64,000 nucleotides of DNA from Bacteroidota bacterium (GCA_041658205.1 JBBAAO010000002.1:55310-119309); one strand, 5' to 3'; numbered from the stretch's first letter, positions 41,458 through 51,716 are shown. A program made the numbers and translations. The notes: generated by a model from the letters alone, not told the origin.

Positions 41458-42348
41458 CTACTTCTTCACTGACTCCGGTTTTTCGATAGGATAACTATCA
41501 TCCCGCACATTCCAATCCTCAAAACACCCATCGTACACTTTTGCATTGTAGCCGAGATATTTTGCAGCATAATAAACAAGTGTTGCCTGCTGTCCCACAT
41601 GACAATAGGTGACGACCGTGCTTCCTTTCGCGACGCCGGCGCTATCGAAAAGTCTTTGTAACTCAGCGACAGATTTTATTTTATTTGTGCTATCGAGAAC
41701 CGTGTTAAAGACAAGACTCTTCGCACCTTTGATATGTCCTTGGCGAGCAACACCACCTCCGTTACCATCATAAAAATTCTTTGTACGGGCATCAACGATT
41801 GTTACCTTTGGATTGGAGAGATTCTGTTTCACCCAATCGGCATCCGTAATCACCAATGGATCGATCTTCAAAGAAAGTGTTGTTTTTATGAAGTGCGGAA
41901 TTTCTTTAGAGATTGGTCTTCCTTCACTTTTCCACATCTCTAAGCCTCCATCCAACAACGCTGTCTGTTCGGCAAATCCGAAATATGACAAAGCAAGAAT
42001 AATTCTTGTTGTTGTGGTAACATTTTGTCCGGCAAAGACAACCACAATTTTTGAGTCAGATGCAATGCCAAGCTCTTCTAAGGCTTTTTTCCCTTCTTCC
42101 AGCGTTGGCATTTCTGTGTTCAGATCTGGATTCGAAACGGCCAGTGAATTGAACCACACAAATCGAGCCGTGGGGAGGTGTGCATATTTATATTCATTTC
42201 GGCTGAAGCCGACCTGTAAAACGACCAAGTCTTTATCATTGAGATGATCCGAAAGCCATTGAGTTGATACAAATGGGGGAATAGACCGTTCGGCAGATGC
42301 CGATGAAAATACCACGACAACAATCATGAAGCTAAAAAGTGTTCGCAT
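41458..42348 (-). CDS. periplasmic tandem-rhodanese thiosulfate sulfurtransferase-like protein
   Basis: Signal peptide; two rhodanese domains with catalytic 'CHVGQQAT' in the second. Confidence 0.75.
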   Translation of the reverse strand: MRTLFSFMIVVVVFSSASAERSIPPFVSTQWLSDHLNDKDLVVLQVGFSRNEYKYAHLPTARFVWFNSLAVSNPDLNTEMPTLEEGKKALEELGIASDSKIVVVFAGQNVTTTTRIILALSYFGFAEQTALLDGGLEMWKSEGRPISKEIPHFIKTTLSLKIDPLVITDADWVKQNLSNPKVTIVDARTKNFYDGNGGGVARQGHIKGAKSLVFNTVLDSTNKIKSVAELQRLFDSAGVAKGSTVVTYCHVGQQATLVYYAAKYLGYNAKVYDGCFEDWNVRDDSYPIEKPESVKK

Positions 42349-42484
42349 TATACGCTCTCCAGAACAATGTTCATTACGAATGTAGCGTGAACCTACAAAA
42401 TTTACAAGAGACGTTCAAATGAGATGGGACGAAATGAGGGGAATTTGGGGCGAATATTCTCAAAAGTATTTTGATACGAAGAGA

Positions 42485-42736
42485 TCAGCGAAACAACAGC
42501 AGCGCGGCAAATGAAACGAACAGTCCTGCCGCAAGCAACGAAATGGCGATCGTGCCCATAATATTTTTTTGATCCGGAATTTTTCCTTTGTTCCAAAAGA
42601 AGAGACCTATCAGACCGATAGGATACGCAATGAACAAATTCATGAGGTATGGCCACATCCAGCTGGTGAGGAAAAAAATACTTGCACAACCGATTGCAAT
42701 CAGATTGTAGCGGAAGATTTTTTTATGGTTGGTCAT
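42485..42736 (-). CDS. hypothetical small membrane protein (2 TM)
   Basis: ORF with two hydrophobic helices; no other support. Confidence 0.3.
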   Translation of the reverse strand: MTNHKKIFRYNLIAIGCASIFFLTSWMWPYLMNLFIAYPIGLIGLFFWNKGKIPDQKNIMGTIAISLLAAGLFVSFAALLLFR

Positions 42737-42806
42737 ATTTCAAATAGATGCAGAACACCTTAGAGGTGTCTTACATCTTAACATTCTGGAACTAAAAGCA
42801 ACGCGG

Positions 42807-44927
42807 TTACTTTACTAGAATTAATTTTTTTGTGTCGCTAAAAGAGCCAGATTGCAGCCGATAAAAATACATTCCACTCGATAGATTCTTTGGAATAAAT
42901 TTGATCGTATATGTACCCGCACGTCGTTCTTCGGCAACAAGTTGTTCTATTTCTCTTCCCATAAGATCGTAAATTGTTAGGGTGACAAACGAATTATGTG
43001 GAACGGTAAAATGAATTGATGTTGTCGGATTAAAAGGATTTGGATAATTTTGGGAGAGTGAAAATGTTGTTGCCGATACTCCAAGATCGGACGGATTCAC
43101 ATTCATAACTTTTGGTTGAGTGCTAAATACGCCATACCAATTTCCCGCATAAAGAAAACCATCACTGGAAAGGGAAAAACAATCCGGGGAGTATATATTT
43201 GTCGATTCCCAGGTATTACCATTATCGGTGGAAACATATGCAGAATCCCATGCGGTATATATAGTCCCTGTGTTTGTTACAATCAGGGCATCAATTGGAT
43301 GAAGATGCCCATTAGTACCAAGAATGCGAGTCCAGGTGACACCATCATCCGTAGATCGTAGCAGCGCATCTATGCTGGACGCAAATATTGTTTTATTCGG
43401 GGAAACAGCTAATGCTTCAACATAACCCCCTTCAAGCAGGGCAGCCATATTTATTGTAGACCACGTATCACCATTATTTGTTGATTTATATACTCCGCCC
43501 GGTCCGCTTGCAAAAATTTTTCCGTCTTTTCCGGGAACAATATCAAAAATTGCTTTTGATAACGTTGTTATAATTTTCCACGTGTTCCCGCCATCCAAAC
43601 TCCGGTAGAGAACCCCATGTTTAAATCCCGCAAAAAGTATCGAATCGTTCAATTTGGCTGTTGCTGTAACAGCATACGCCTGCAACCCGCACCCTGCTAA
43701 TTTCCATTGAATCGTATCCAGCTTTGTGCGATACAAACCGGTTTCTGTGCCGGCAAATAAATATTGATCCGATACGGTTAATAATGAATGCAGGTTGATT
43801 GGGCTTGGCAAGCCAACATCAATTGCCTGCCAATGATCTCCTTTATCCTTTGACATTGATAAACCATAATCAATCGCTCCTGCATATATTGTTCCGTTTG
43901 AACCGACAGTGATATTGCTGATATATTTATTTGCTAAACCAGATGTGAACCATGTTTCTCCGTCATCGGTAGAACTGTAGACCGTACCTCGTGCAGTCGC
44001 TCCGTACAAAATACCGCCGGAATCAAGTGCTATTTTCCTGATGTTGTTTCCTAAATTTTTTCCGGCAACAAAGTTCCACGTTGTGCCGCTGTCAGCGGAG
44101 AATATAATTTTCCCTCCATAACCGGCAAAATATTTTCCACCGAAAGAACTAATAATAAAACCTTCAAAATGTCCCATTGTGCCATGCTTCTTCCAGGTAT
44201 TTCCCTGATCAGTCGAGACAAAAAAACCTCCCATATTAAACGAAACATAGAGAGTGCCATTTTTATCTGTCGTCATTGTTTCAACAATAAAATTTGTTTG
44301 TTCAAGACCGGCATTTTTTGAAATCCAGGATTTTCCGCTATCAACCGATGTAAAAACACCAAGCCGTCCTCCGGCAAACAAAGTGCCGGTTGTATCTGCA
44401 ACAATGTGAGTAAAAGAATATGCTGTATCGCTTGCATTGAGAAGATTCCAGGATATTCCATCGTTTGAAGAAGCATAAAGACCATAGTTGTACATAACAA
44501 CGAATAAGATTCTATTTGCTTCAGCAAGACGAGAAACACGTTGTGGATCCAACGGGAGGGAATTTGCAATATTAATCCATTCTGTTTTACCCGAATCCAA
44601 GCGAAAAAAAGATTCGTTTGTTACCACAACTAATTGCTTTTTCGACGTACGGAGCAACTGCAAAACAAATCTTCCGGGAGTTTGTTTATGTTCCCAATTT
44701 TTTCCGGCGTCGGATGAATAAGACAACTTTCCATCTCCCAATCCATTAAATGAATTTGTCCAAACGTAAATTTGACCAGAGTCTCCCGCCGTCATTGAGC
44801 GAATATCTCCCCCATATGGTCCATTAAGTTGTTTCCAAAAATTTAACTGTGCGAATGCCGGATTGACATGAACAGCGGTCAGGAAGGCTAAAAATGCATA
44901 TAATTTCATATGACCTACAGAATTCAT
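42807..44927 (-). CDS. secreted BNR/Ycf48-like repeat protein with T9SS C-terminal sorting domain
   Basis: Signal peptide; many 'GxTW'/'DGGxTW' BNR-like repeats; C-terminal 'FSLSQNYPNPFNPTTSIHFTVP...LILVK'. Confidence 0.7.
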   Translation of the reverse strand: MNSVGHMKLYAFLAFLTAVHVNPAFAQLNFWKQLNGPYGGDIRSMTAGDSGQIYVWTNSFNGLGDGKLSYSSDAGKNWEHKQTPGRFVLQLLRTSKKQLVVVTNESFFRLDSGKTEWINIANSLPLDPQRVSRLAEANRILFVVMYNYGLYASSNDGISWNLLNASDTAYSFTHIVADTTGTLFAGGRLGVFTSVDSGKSWISKNAGLEQTNFIVETMTTDKNGTLYVSFNMGGFFVSTDQGNTWKKHGTMGHFEGFIISSFGGKYFAGYGGKIIFSADSGTTWNFVAGKNLGNNIRKIALDSGGILYGATARGTVYSSTDDGETWFTSGLANKYISNITVGSNGTIYAGAIDYGLSMSKDKGDHWQAIDVGLPSPINLHSLLTVSDQYLFAGTETGLYRTKLDTIQWKLAGCGLQAYAVTATAKLNDSILFAGFKHGVLYRSLDGGNTWKIITTLSKAIFDIVPGKDGKIFASGPGGVYKSTNNGDTWSTINMAALLEGGYVEALAVSPNKTIFASSIDALLRSTDDGVTWTRILGTNGHLHPIDALIVTNTGTIYTAWDSAYVSTDNGNTWESTNIYSPDCFSLSSDGFLYAGNWYGVFSTQPKVMNVNPSDLGVSATTFSLSQNYPNPFNPTTSIHFTVPHNSFVTLTIYDLMGREIEQLVAEERRAGTYTIKFIPKNLSSGMYFYRLQSGSFSDTKKLILVK

Positions 44928-44999
44928 AATTACTTCTGAAGTTGTCGTGGGTTTCGAAGAACGTTATAAAAACTCTCTTCTAAAGATGCGGGTCTATTC

Positions 45000-46013
45000 T
45001 TACTCTACGAGCTTTTTTACAATTTCCACCGCCGTGATTCCATCAGCTTCAGCATTGAAATTGGGAATAATACGATGACGCAGCACAGGAATGGCAACAG
45101 AGCGGACATCATCCATATCTGGTGTGTATTTGCCGTTTAAAATGGCTCGAGTCTTTGCACCAAGAATCAAATATTGCGACGCACGAGGTCCTGCGCCCCA
45201 GGTGAGCCAGTCTTTAATGAACTTCGGTGCATGCGCATCTTTCGGACGGGTTTTTGCCACCAGATTCACCGCAAAATCAATCACATTATCCGCCACCGGA
45301 ACACGGCGCACAAGATCTTGATACCCAATAATGTCATCGGCATTTAAGAGATGTTTCAGTTTCGGTGCATATTGGCTTGTAGTAGATTTGACGATCTGTT
45401 TTTCTTCTTCAAACGAAGGATATTCAAGCCATAAGTTGAACATGAAACGATCCAGCTGTGCTTCCGGCAGAGGATAGGTTCCTTCCTGCTCAATTGGATT
45501 TTGCGTTGCCAAAACAAAAAATGGTTCATCAAGCGTATATGTTTTTCCCGCTGCGGTCACTTTGTGTTCCTGCATCGATTCTAAAAGAGCCGCCTGTGTT
45601 TTGGGTGGAGTTCTGTTGATTTCGTCCGCAAGAACAATATTAGCGAAAACCGGTCCTTCAACAAATTTGAATACTTTTCCGCCGCTCTTTTTATCCTCTT
45701 CAATAATTTCTGTACCGGTGATATCACTCGGCATCAAGTCCGGCGTAAATTGTATGCGATTGAATTTCAGATCGAGCACATCGGCAAGCGTTTTAATCAA
45801 CAGAGTTTTTGCAAGTCCGGGAACACCTACCAGCAGGCAATGCCCGCGCGAAAGGAGAGAGGTGAACAATTGTTCGATCACAACATCCTGACCGACAATC
45901 ACTTTGGCGATCTCAGTTCTCATCGCTTGAAATGATACATTCAGTTCGCGAACAGCTTCAACATCGCTACGTTTCGGTTTTAATGATTCAATTTTTTCAA
46001 TTCGTTTTGCCAC
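45000..46013 (-). CDS. MoxR-family AAA+ ATPase
   Basis: Walker A 'LLVGVPGLAKT', Walker B 'VLADEINR'; 337 aa typical of MoxR. Confidence 0.9.
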   Translation of the reverse strand: MAKRIEKIESLKPKRSDVEAVRELNVSFQAMRTEIAKVIVGQDVVIEQLFTSLLSRGHCLLVGVPGLAKTLLIKTLADVLDLKFNRIQFTPDLMPSDITGTEIIEEDKKSGGKVFKFVEGPVFANIVLADEINRTPPKTQAALLESMQEHKVTAAGKTYTLDEPFFVLATQNPIEQEGTYPLPEAQLDRFMFNLWLEYPSFEEEKQIVKSTTSQYAPKLKHLLNADDIIGYQDLVRRVPVADNVIDFAVNLVAKTRPKDAHAPKFIKDWLTWGAGPRASQYLILGAKTRAILNGKYTPDMDDVRSVAIPVLRHRIIPNFNAEADGITAVEIVKKLVE

Positions 46014-46135
46014 AGATTATCCTTAATGTTTTTTTGAACCACATAGGCACATAGATCACAGAGGTTTACTATTTATCACAATCTAACAAAAAAAATCTAC
46101 AAGAAGCACTGGATAGTTCACATCGCAGAGATTCG

Positions 46136-47515
46136 TTATCTTCGTGCAAGCCAATCCCGAGGATTCTGTTTATCTTTTTCTTTCCATACTTCAAAATGGA
46201 GGAGATTTCCGGAGACAGTTTCGCCGCTTTTTGCAATGATGGCCCCTTCCTTAATTTGTTGACCAGCTACCACAGAAATTTCTGATAAATGCGCATAGAC
46301 TGTTCGATATCCATGGCTGTGGTTAATAATGATCAAATTTCCGTACGAAGGCAGCCAATGAATAAGCGCAATTTCACCGTCGGCAACACTTCGGATGGGA
46401 GCATTTTCCTTTGTTGAAATATCAATCCCGGTGTTAGTAGTAATGGTTTTCATAACGGGGTGCACCTGATTGCCGAACTCCGCCACAATCCTGCCTCCAA
46501 CAACGGGCCAAATCAATTTTCCCTTTCGTTCAAGAAGGGGACGCAGCACCAATTCTACTTTTGCTGTTTCAATCTCATATTCTTTTTCGCGAAGTTCAGC
46601 ACGGCGGTTCGCCTCGGCAATTTCTCGTTCCTTTGCTTTTGCTTTTGCAAGGTCATTTTTTTTCTTTAACTCTGCCAACTCTTTTTCCCGCTCGATTTTT
46701 GCAACTCGTTCACGCTCGCGCTGCGCCGCGCGTTCCTTTGCAATACGTTCTTTCCGTTCGCGTTCTTCTCGCTCCGCCTTTTCTTTTCGGATACGTTCCT
46801 GTTCAATCAATACCGTAATAAGGTTTTCGAGCTCCTTTGCGGCGGAGATTTTTCGTGTCAGCTCTTTCTTTAATAGCGACTTATCTTCACGAATATCTTT
46901 CAACACACTCTTTCGACGTTCCTTTGTTTTGTTGAGCGTAAACTCTTCTTTGATTTTTTCGGAGATTAATTGCTGTTCTGTAGAAAGTTTTTCCTGCAGC
47001 GTGCTGTGCTCAATTTCGATCTGGTCTTTTTTGGAAAGAATCTTTTCAAGATCCTTTTTCCGCTGATCCGAAAAGCGCTTCATGTATTCGATGCGGATGT
47101 AGAGTTGATTGATAGAATTTGAGGAAAGGATTGTTTCCAAGTCGTACACTTTTCCATATTTGTATACGGAAGAAACATAATTCGCATAGTGATTCTTTAG
47201 AAAGGCCAATTGCTTTTCGAGTTGTCCGACATTTTCTCTCGTGCTTTCGATGGATGTGCGGATTAATTTCTCCTCATCCCTCAATTCTTCAAGCAGTATC
47301 CGAACAAGATTTGCCTTCTTTTCAATGATATCCAGACGGCTGAGCGTTGCCTTTTCCTTTTTTTCGCTTTCGTCAATCTGTTGTTCGTATCGCTGGATCT
47401 CGGCGCGAAGCCGTTTTAATTGCAGATCTTTCCTTCGAATATCCGTCTGCTGGTTTGCAAAACCATCGGGGAGAAAGAGGAGGAAGCAAAGACTATATAG
47501 AAAAAGCCATTTCAT
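46136..47515 (-). CDS. EnvC-like murein hydrolase activator (coiled-coil plus M23 peptidase domain)
   Basis: Long E/K/R-rich coiled coil; C-terminal M23 'IIINHSHGYRTVYAHLSEI'. Confidence 0.8.
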   Translation of the reverse strand: MKWLFLYSLCFLLFLPDGFANQQTDIRRKDLQLKRLRAEIQRYEQQIDESEKKEKATLSRLDIIEKKANLVRILLEELRDEEKLIRTSIESTRENVGQLEKQLAFLKNHYANYVSSVYKYGKVYDLETILSSNSINQLYIRIEYMKRFSDQRKKDLEKILSKKDQIEIEHSTLQEKLSTEQQLISEKIKEEFTLNKTKERRKSVLKDIREDKSLLKKELTRKISAAKELENLITVLIEQERIRKEKAEREERERKERIAKERAAQRERERVAKIEREKELAELKKKNDLAKAKAKEREIAEANRRAELREKEYEIETAKVELVLRPLLERKGKLIWPVVGGRIVAEFGNQVHPVMKTITTNTGIDISTKENAPIRSVADGEIALIHWLPSYGNLIIINHSHGYRTVYAHLSEISVVAGQQIKEGAIIAKSGETVSGNLLHFEVWKEKDKQNPRDWLARR

Positions 47516-48282
47516 TCTATGGTAATAATCTCGGCGTCATCCGGGAAGGAAATAGTCAATGGGGATTGAACGGAATCATAAGAAACAGATCCGTATTCCA
47601 ACACAAGAGTCGATTCTTTAGAAGGAATGTTCACTTCAACTTGTTCTGGAACGACGGAACTGTCCCCGTTTCTTTTGTACCAATATTTCACGCTCCAAAG
47701 AACAATGCCGTTTTTATCTTTTCGAATGCATCGTGTAATGTGGTATACATTTTCGTCAAACAAAAATTTATCAAACGAACTGTCTTCATTCACGATAGTG
47801 AAGGAGTATACCCGTCCCGCTTTCACTTCCAAGCTATCCAACGGAGAAGTAAATCGCAAAGGATGAATTCCTTGCAGTGAACTGATCAGAAGCTCAAATG
47901 GAACATCTTTAACAAACGGAAGCATGCGCATTTGTTTTTCCGGCGAACCGCGGTAGACGGTATTGTTCAATGCATTGTACGCGGTAAATTCGTGTCGGTT
48001 GAAGAGTGCCGTACCAACGGTAATGCCAAACGGACCGTAAACGGAGAGTTTTACAGAATCTTTTCCACGCGTGACAAGATCAAATCCTGCGGATTGATTC
48101 ATGGTGGGAGTGTTCACCGTGATGGAACCTTCAGCAGAAAAATCCTTCAACGAGCGGACAGTTTGCATTAGACGGAATTGGAGTTCATCTGTTGTCATTG
48201 CTTCGTTGACCACCGGTTTTGGTGCCGTGGCGCAGCCGAGGAGGAACGCCGAGCAGAAACAAAATAATTTCAGAATTCTCAC
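47512..48282 (-). CDS. DUF4292-family (LolA-like) lipoprotein
   Basis: Lipobox 'FLLGCATAP'. A GTG start at 48282 overlaps the TPR stop (GTGA), and its own stop overlaps the EnvC-like ATG (ATGA). ORF-track start 48351 rejected. Confidence 0.55.
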   Translation of the reverse strand: MRILKLFCFCSAFLLGCATAPKPVVNEAMTTDELQFRLMQTVRSLKDFSAEGSITVNTPTMNQSAGFDLVTRGKDSVKLSVYGPFGITVGTALFNRHEFTAYNALNNTVYRGSPEKQMRMLPFVKDVPFELLISSLQGIHPLRFTSPLDSLEVKAGRVYSFTIVNEDSSFDKFLFDENVYHITRCIRKDKNGIVLWSVKYWYKRNGDSSVVPEQVEVNIPSKESTLVLEYGSVSYDSVQSPLTISFPDDAEIITIE

Positions 48283-49997
48283 AGCGCTCCCCGGGAAATT
48301 TTTTCTTTTAATGCTACATTGTTTTGATCCTTTTCCAACGCCTTCGACCAATATTTTTTTGCCTCATCCATTCTGTTCAATTTTGCATACACATCACCAA
48401 GATGTTCCAGCACAACAGCGCTAGCTTCACCCAATTCCACGGCTTTAAGAATATGGGGGAGCGCTTCGGAATATTTTCCCTTTTGAAAGAGAATCCATCC
48501 GTACGTATCAAGATAAGAAGCGTTAAGGGAATCGGCGGCGAGAGAGGCTTTCGACATGCTCTCTGCCCGCTCCAATTGCATTCCGCGTTCGGATAAACTA
48601 TACGCATAATTATTCAGGACCAAAGGAGATTTGGGATCAATCCTCAACGCGCGTTCGTAAGCGGAATCCGATTCCGTATGCATTTTCAGTGCGTCGTAGG
48701 TGAGACCAAGTGAAGAGAGAGCGTTCAAATCTATTGGATTTAATTCCACCGCTCGCTCGAGCGCGACACGCGAATCTTCATTCATTCCTGCACGGTTATA
48801 TGCAATGCCAAGGAGTAAATAGATACGAAAGTCATCCGGCGTGTACTGCTTCGCCTTATTCATAATGCTGATGGTCTCTTTGAAATTCTGCCGGTCGAAA
48901 TACATCCAACCGAGCTGCCACCATGCATCGCCATTCCAATTTGCCGATTGTGTTGCACGGGTAAAATATTGTTCTGCAATGGAATCATTTTTGATGCCAC
49001 GATGCAATACGCCAAGGTAAACAAACGGACGCGAATCGGTCGGAAAATTCTTTTCATACTGATTGAAGACTTCGATTGCTTCCGGAATAACGAGCGTGTC
49101 TTTCAATGTCTGAGCGTAGAAAGCCATCCCAATGCGAATGTGTGTGTCAGGATCAAGAGAATCGGATTGAAGGACGGTGTTTAATTCTTTCTTCGCAGAG
49201 TTCCAATCGTTCTGCTGCAAATACACATCGGCGAGTGTTGTGCGAAGCATAATATTGTCCGGATTCTTTTCCAGCACATCGTTCAGCACTCCGAGCGCCT
49301 TGTCATATTTCTTTACCCGAATGTACGTTTCGGCGAGATTCTGTTTTATTGCCAGATTATTCGGATCGATCTTTTGCATTTCTTCCAGCGCCTCAACCGA
49401 TTTGTCATACCGTTGAAGTACAGAATTTAATTGTGCAACCCGCAATAAAACATCCCAGGACGGTCCTTGTCGTGCAATAAGAGTATAATATAATTCCAAC
49501 GCCTCCAGCGGTTTTACGCGCTCCAGTAGCTGCGCGAGTGTAAAGGTTGCCGTAACGTTCACAGGATCGATAGTTAAAATCGTTCGGTATTCACCCGCTG
49601 CTTTTTCAAATTGTCCGGCGTTAATATGGATTTGTGCAAGCAGTTCGTGATATTCTATTTTTGACGGATCGTGCTGGATGGCAATGATTGCATTTTCAGC
49701 AGCGGGAGCGTACCGGCGTAATTGTGCGTAACTTTTTGCCAATGCAAAAAAAATTGCCGGATCGTGATCGTACCGTAACGCATCCTGGTAATCCAGAATC
49801 GCTTCGGCAAACTGACCTTTACTTTCTTTCAGAGAACCGTCAATAAACAACTGCATTGCCACCGCACGGTCTTTTTCGTTTTCTGCGGATGATTTGGATT
49901 GAGCATTCGGTACTTCAGCAGTTTCTTTGCCGGAAGAGCATCCTGCGATTATAAGAATAATTCCTGCACCACAAAACCATAAACAACGCTTCATCAT
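48279..49997 (-). CDS. tetratricopeptide-repeat lipoprotein
   Basis: Lipobox 'IILIIAGCSS'; more than 10 TPR units (repeating A/Y/L 34-aa pattern). Confidence 0.8.
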   Translation of the reverse strand: MMKRCLWFCGAGIILIIAGCSSGKETAEVPNAQSKSSAENEKDRAVAMQLFIDGSLKESKGQFAEAILDYQDALRYDHDPAIFFALAKSYAQLRRYAPAAENAIIAIQHDPSKIEYHELLAQIHINAGQFEKAAGEYRTILTIDPVNVTATFTLAQLLERVKPLEALELYYTLIARQGPSWDVLLRVAQLNSVLQRYDKSVEALEEMQKIDPNNLAIKQNLAETYIRVKKYDKALGVLNDVLEKNPDNIMLRTTLADVYLQQNDWNSAKKELNTVLQSDSLDPDTHIRIGMAFYAQTLKDTLVIPEAIEVFNQYEKNFPTDSRPFVYLGVLHRGIKNDSIAEQYFTRATQSANWNGDAWWQLGWMYFDRQNFKETISIMNKAKQYTPDDFRIYLLLGIAYNRAGMNEDSRVALERAVELNPIDLNALSSLGLTYDALKMHTESDSAYERALRIDPKSPLVLNNYAYSLSERGMQLERAESMSKASLAADSLNASYLDTYGWILFQKGKYSEALPHILKAVELGEASAVVLEHLGDVYAKLNRMDEAKKYWSKALEKDQNNVALKEKISRGAL

Positions 49998-50171
49998 ACA
50001 GCGATACTTCCTTTCAATAATTAATGAAAGATAAAAAAAGTTGGAGGGAGTTACAATGTTACAATAATAGACGAAATAAAGAGGACTTGTTCCCCATATT
50101 TTTGCATAAAAATATCCCAGAAGTATTAAAGAGGTGAGGGATTTATTGGTCTTAATTCTTACAATTCTACG

Positions 50172-51137
50172 CTATTCAAAACGATACGCCATAGCTCTGA
50201 GGAGTGTGATACGCTTTTGTATGGGGGGATGCGTGCCAAATAGTTCGGCAAAAAAACCTTCTTTATTGTTGATCTTGCTGCCAAGCGGGTCTGCAACACA
50301 CAGGTGTGCAGTCCCTTTTTTAATTGATAGAGTGGGTTCAACTGCGGCAGATATTTTTTGAAGCGCTGCAGCAAGTGCGCGAGGATTTCTTGTCAATTCG
50401 GCTCCGGAAGCGTCGGCAAAATATTCGCGCTGCCGAGAGACTGCCATTGCTAGGATGCGGGCCACAATAGGAGCGAGAATAATGGTAACCAGCCAGAGAA
50501 CAAGAATAATAAATCCACCTCCATCGTCTTTCGATGACGAACTTTTGCGAACCTTTCCATAGCGGCCAGATCGAAGAGAAATTTCAGAGATTAACATTAC
50601 AGCTCCGATTAGGGAGGCAACGACGGTCATCATTCGAATATCGTAATTACGAATGTGACTTATTTCATGCGCAATAACACCCTGTAATTCTTCACGATTC
50701 AGTGTTTCAACCAAACCTTTTGTAACAGCAATGCTTGCATGATCCGGATCTTTGCCGGTGGCAAACGCATTAGGATCGGAATCCGGAATAATAAACACTG
50801 CAGGTTTTGGAAGACCTGATGCAATAGACATTTCTTCCACAACATTACGAAGCACTTGATATTGAGGATCGGTATCCGGCACAGGAAATGCACCGGCAGA
50901 CGACAGCACCATTGATGCTCCTTGTTCCAAACTCCAATATCCATTCCATCCCCCAAACAATAATGCTGCAACGGTGATGACGGGAAAGGGAAAACCATCA
51001 TTCCCAAATCCTAGGAAGTACATATCCGCGCCCCACCCGATAAAGCCGAGGAACAGCGCAAACAGGAACATAATGAAAACAGTATTACGCTTGTTGGCGT
51101 TCTGTTGTTCATAAATGTTTCGGGGTAGTTCAGGCAT
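50172..51137 (-). CDS. HtpX-like M48 zinc metalloprotease
   Basis: 'HEISHIRNYD' HExxH; TM segments flank the peptidase domain. Confidence 0.85.
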   Translation of the reverse strand: MPELPRNIYEQQNANKRNTVFIMFLFALFLGFIGWGADMYFLGFGNDGFPFPVITVAALLFGGWNGYWSLEQGASMVLSSAGAFPVPDTDPQYQVLRNVVEEMSIASGLPKPAVFIIPDSDPNAFATGKDPDHASIAVTKGLVETLNREELQGVIAHEISHIRNYDIRMMTVVASLIGAVMLISEISLRSGRYGKVRKSSSSKDDGGGFIILVLWLVTIILAPIVARILAMAVSRQREYFADASGAELTRNPRALAAALQKISAAVEPTLSIKKGTAHLCVADPLGSKINNKEGFFAELFGTHPPIQKRITLLRAMAYRFE

Positions 51138-51149
51138 GTCGTTGAGTCT

Positions 51150-51716
51150 TTATTTCTTTAGCGAGAGGTTTACTGCCGGTACGTCGCGTTCGGCAGCATC
51201 GTGTATTTCGTAGAGCTCCGATGGCTGGAACTGGAACATTCCTGCAATAATATTTCCTGGAAATGTTTGTTGTGCCGTATTGAATTTTGTTGCGATGTCA
51301 TTAAAGAATTGTCGTGCAAAGCCGATTTTATTTTCTGTGCTCGTCAATTCTTCCTGAAGCTGTTTCACGTTTTCATTTGCTTTTAAATTCGGGTAATTTT
51401 CCGTGAGCGCAAAAAATTTAGAAAGCACAGTAGAGAGTTCTCCTTCTTTTGCCGCCGCGTTAGCTATTCCGGTTGCTGACGCTGCAGCATTCCGCGCCTT
51501 AATTACTTTATCGAGCGTCTCCTGTTCAAATTCCATATATCCCTTCACAGTATTTACCAAATTCGGAATCAGATCGTGTCGGCGTTTAAGCTGAACATCA
51601 ATTTGTTTCCATCCATTTGTTGTTTGATTTCGCAAAGTGATAAGGCCATTATATTGTGCAATTACCCAGATGATGAAAACTACAACAACGATGATCATGC
51701 CAATAAAAAATGTCAT
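51150..51716 (-). CDS. lemA: LemA family protein
   Basis: N-terminal TM then 'NGLITLRNQTTNGWKQIDVQLKRRHDLIPNLV', the LemA signature. Confidence 0.85.
   Translation of the reverse strand: MTFFIGMIIVVVVFIIWVIAQYNGLITLRNQTTNGWKQIDVQLKRRHDLIPNLVNTVKGYMEFEQETLDKVIKARNAAASATGIANAAAKEGELSTVLSKFFALTENYPNLKANENVKQLQEELTSTENKIGFARQFFNDIATKFNTAQQTFPGNIIAGMFQFQPSELYEIHDAAERDVPAVNLSLKK

Noticed and set aside
42737-42806. Hairpin acacct-tag-aggtgt downstream of the small membrane ORF, as a terminator
   Set aside because: Only a 6-bp stem with no adjacent T-run on either strand; too weak to call.
48283-48351. ORF-track N-terminal extension of the DUF4292 gene overlapping the TPR gene by 72 nt
   Set aside because: The extension precedes the lipoprotein signal peptide. 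A GTG at 48282 gives a start overlapping the TPR stop codon (GTGA) with a proper signal peptide and lipobox.
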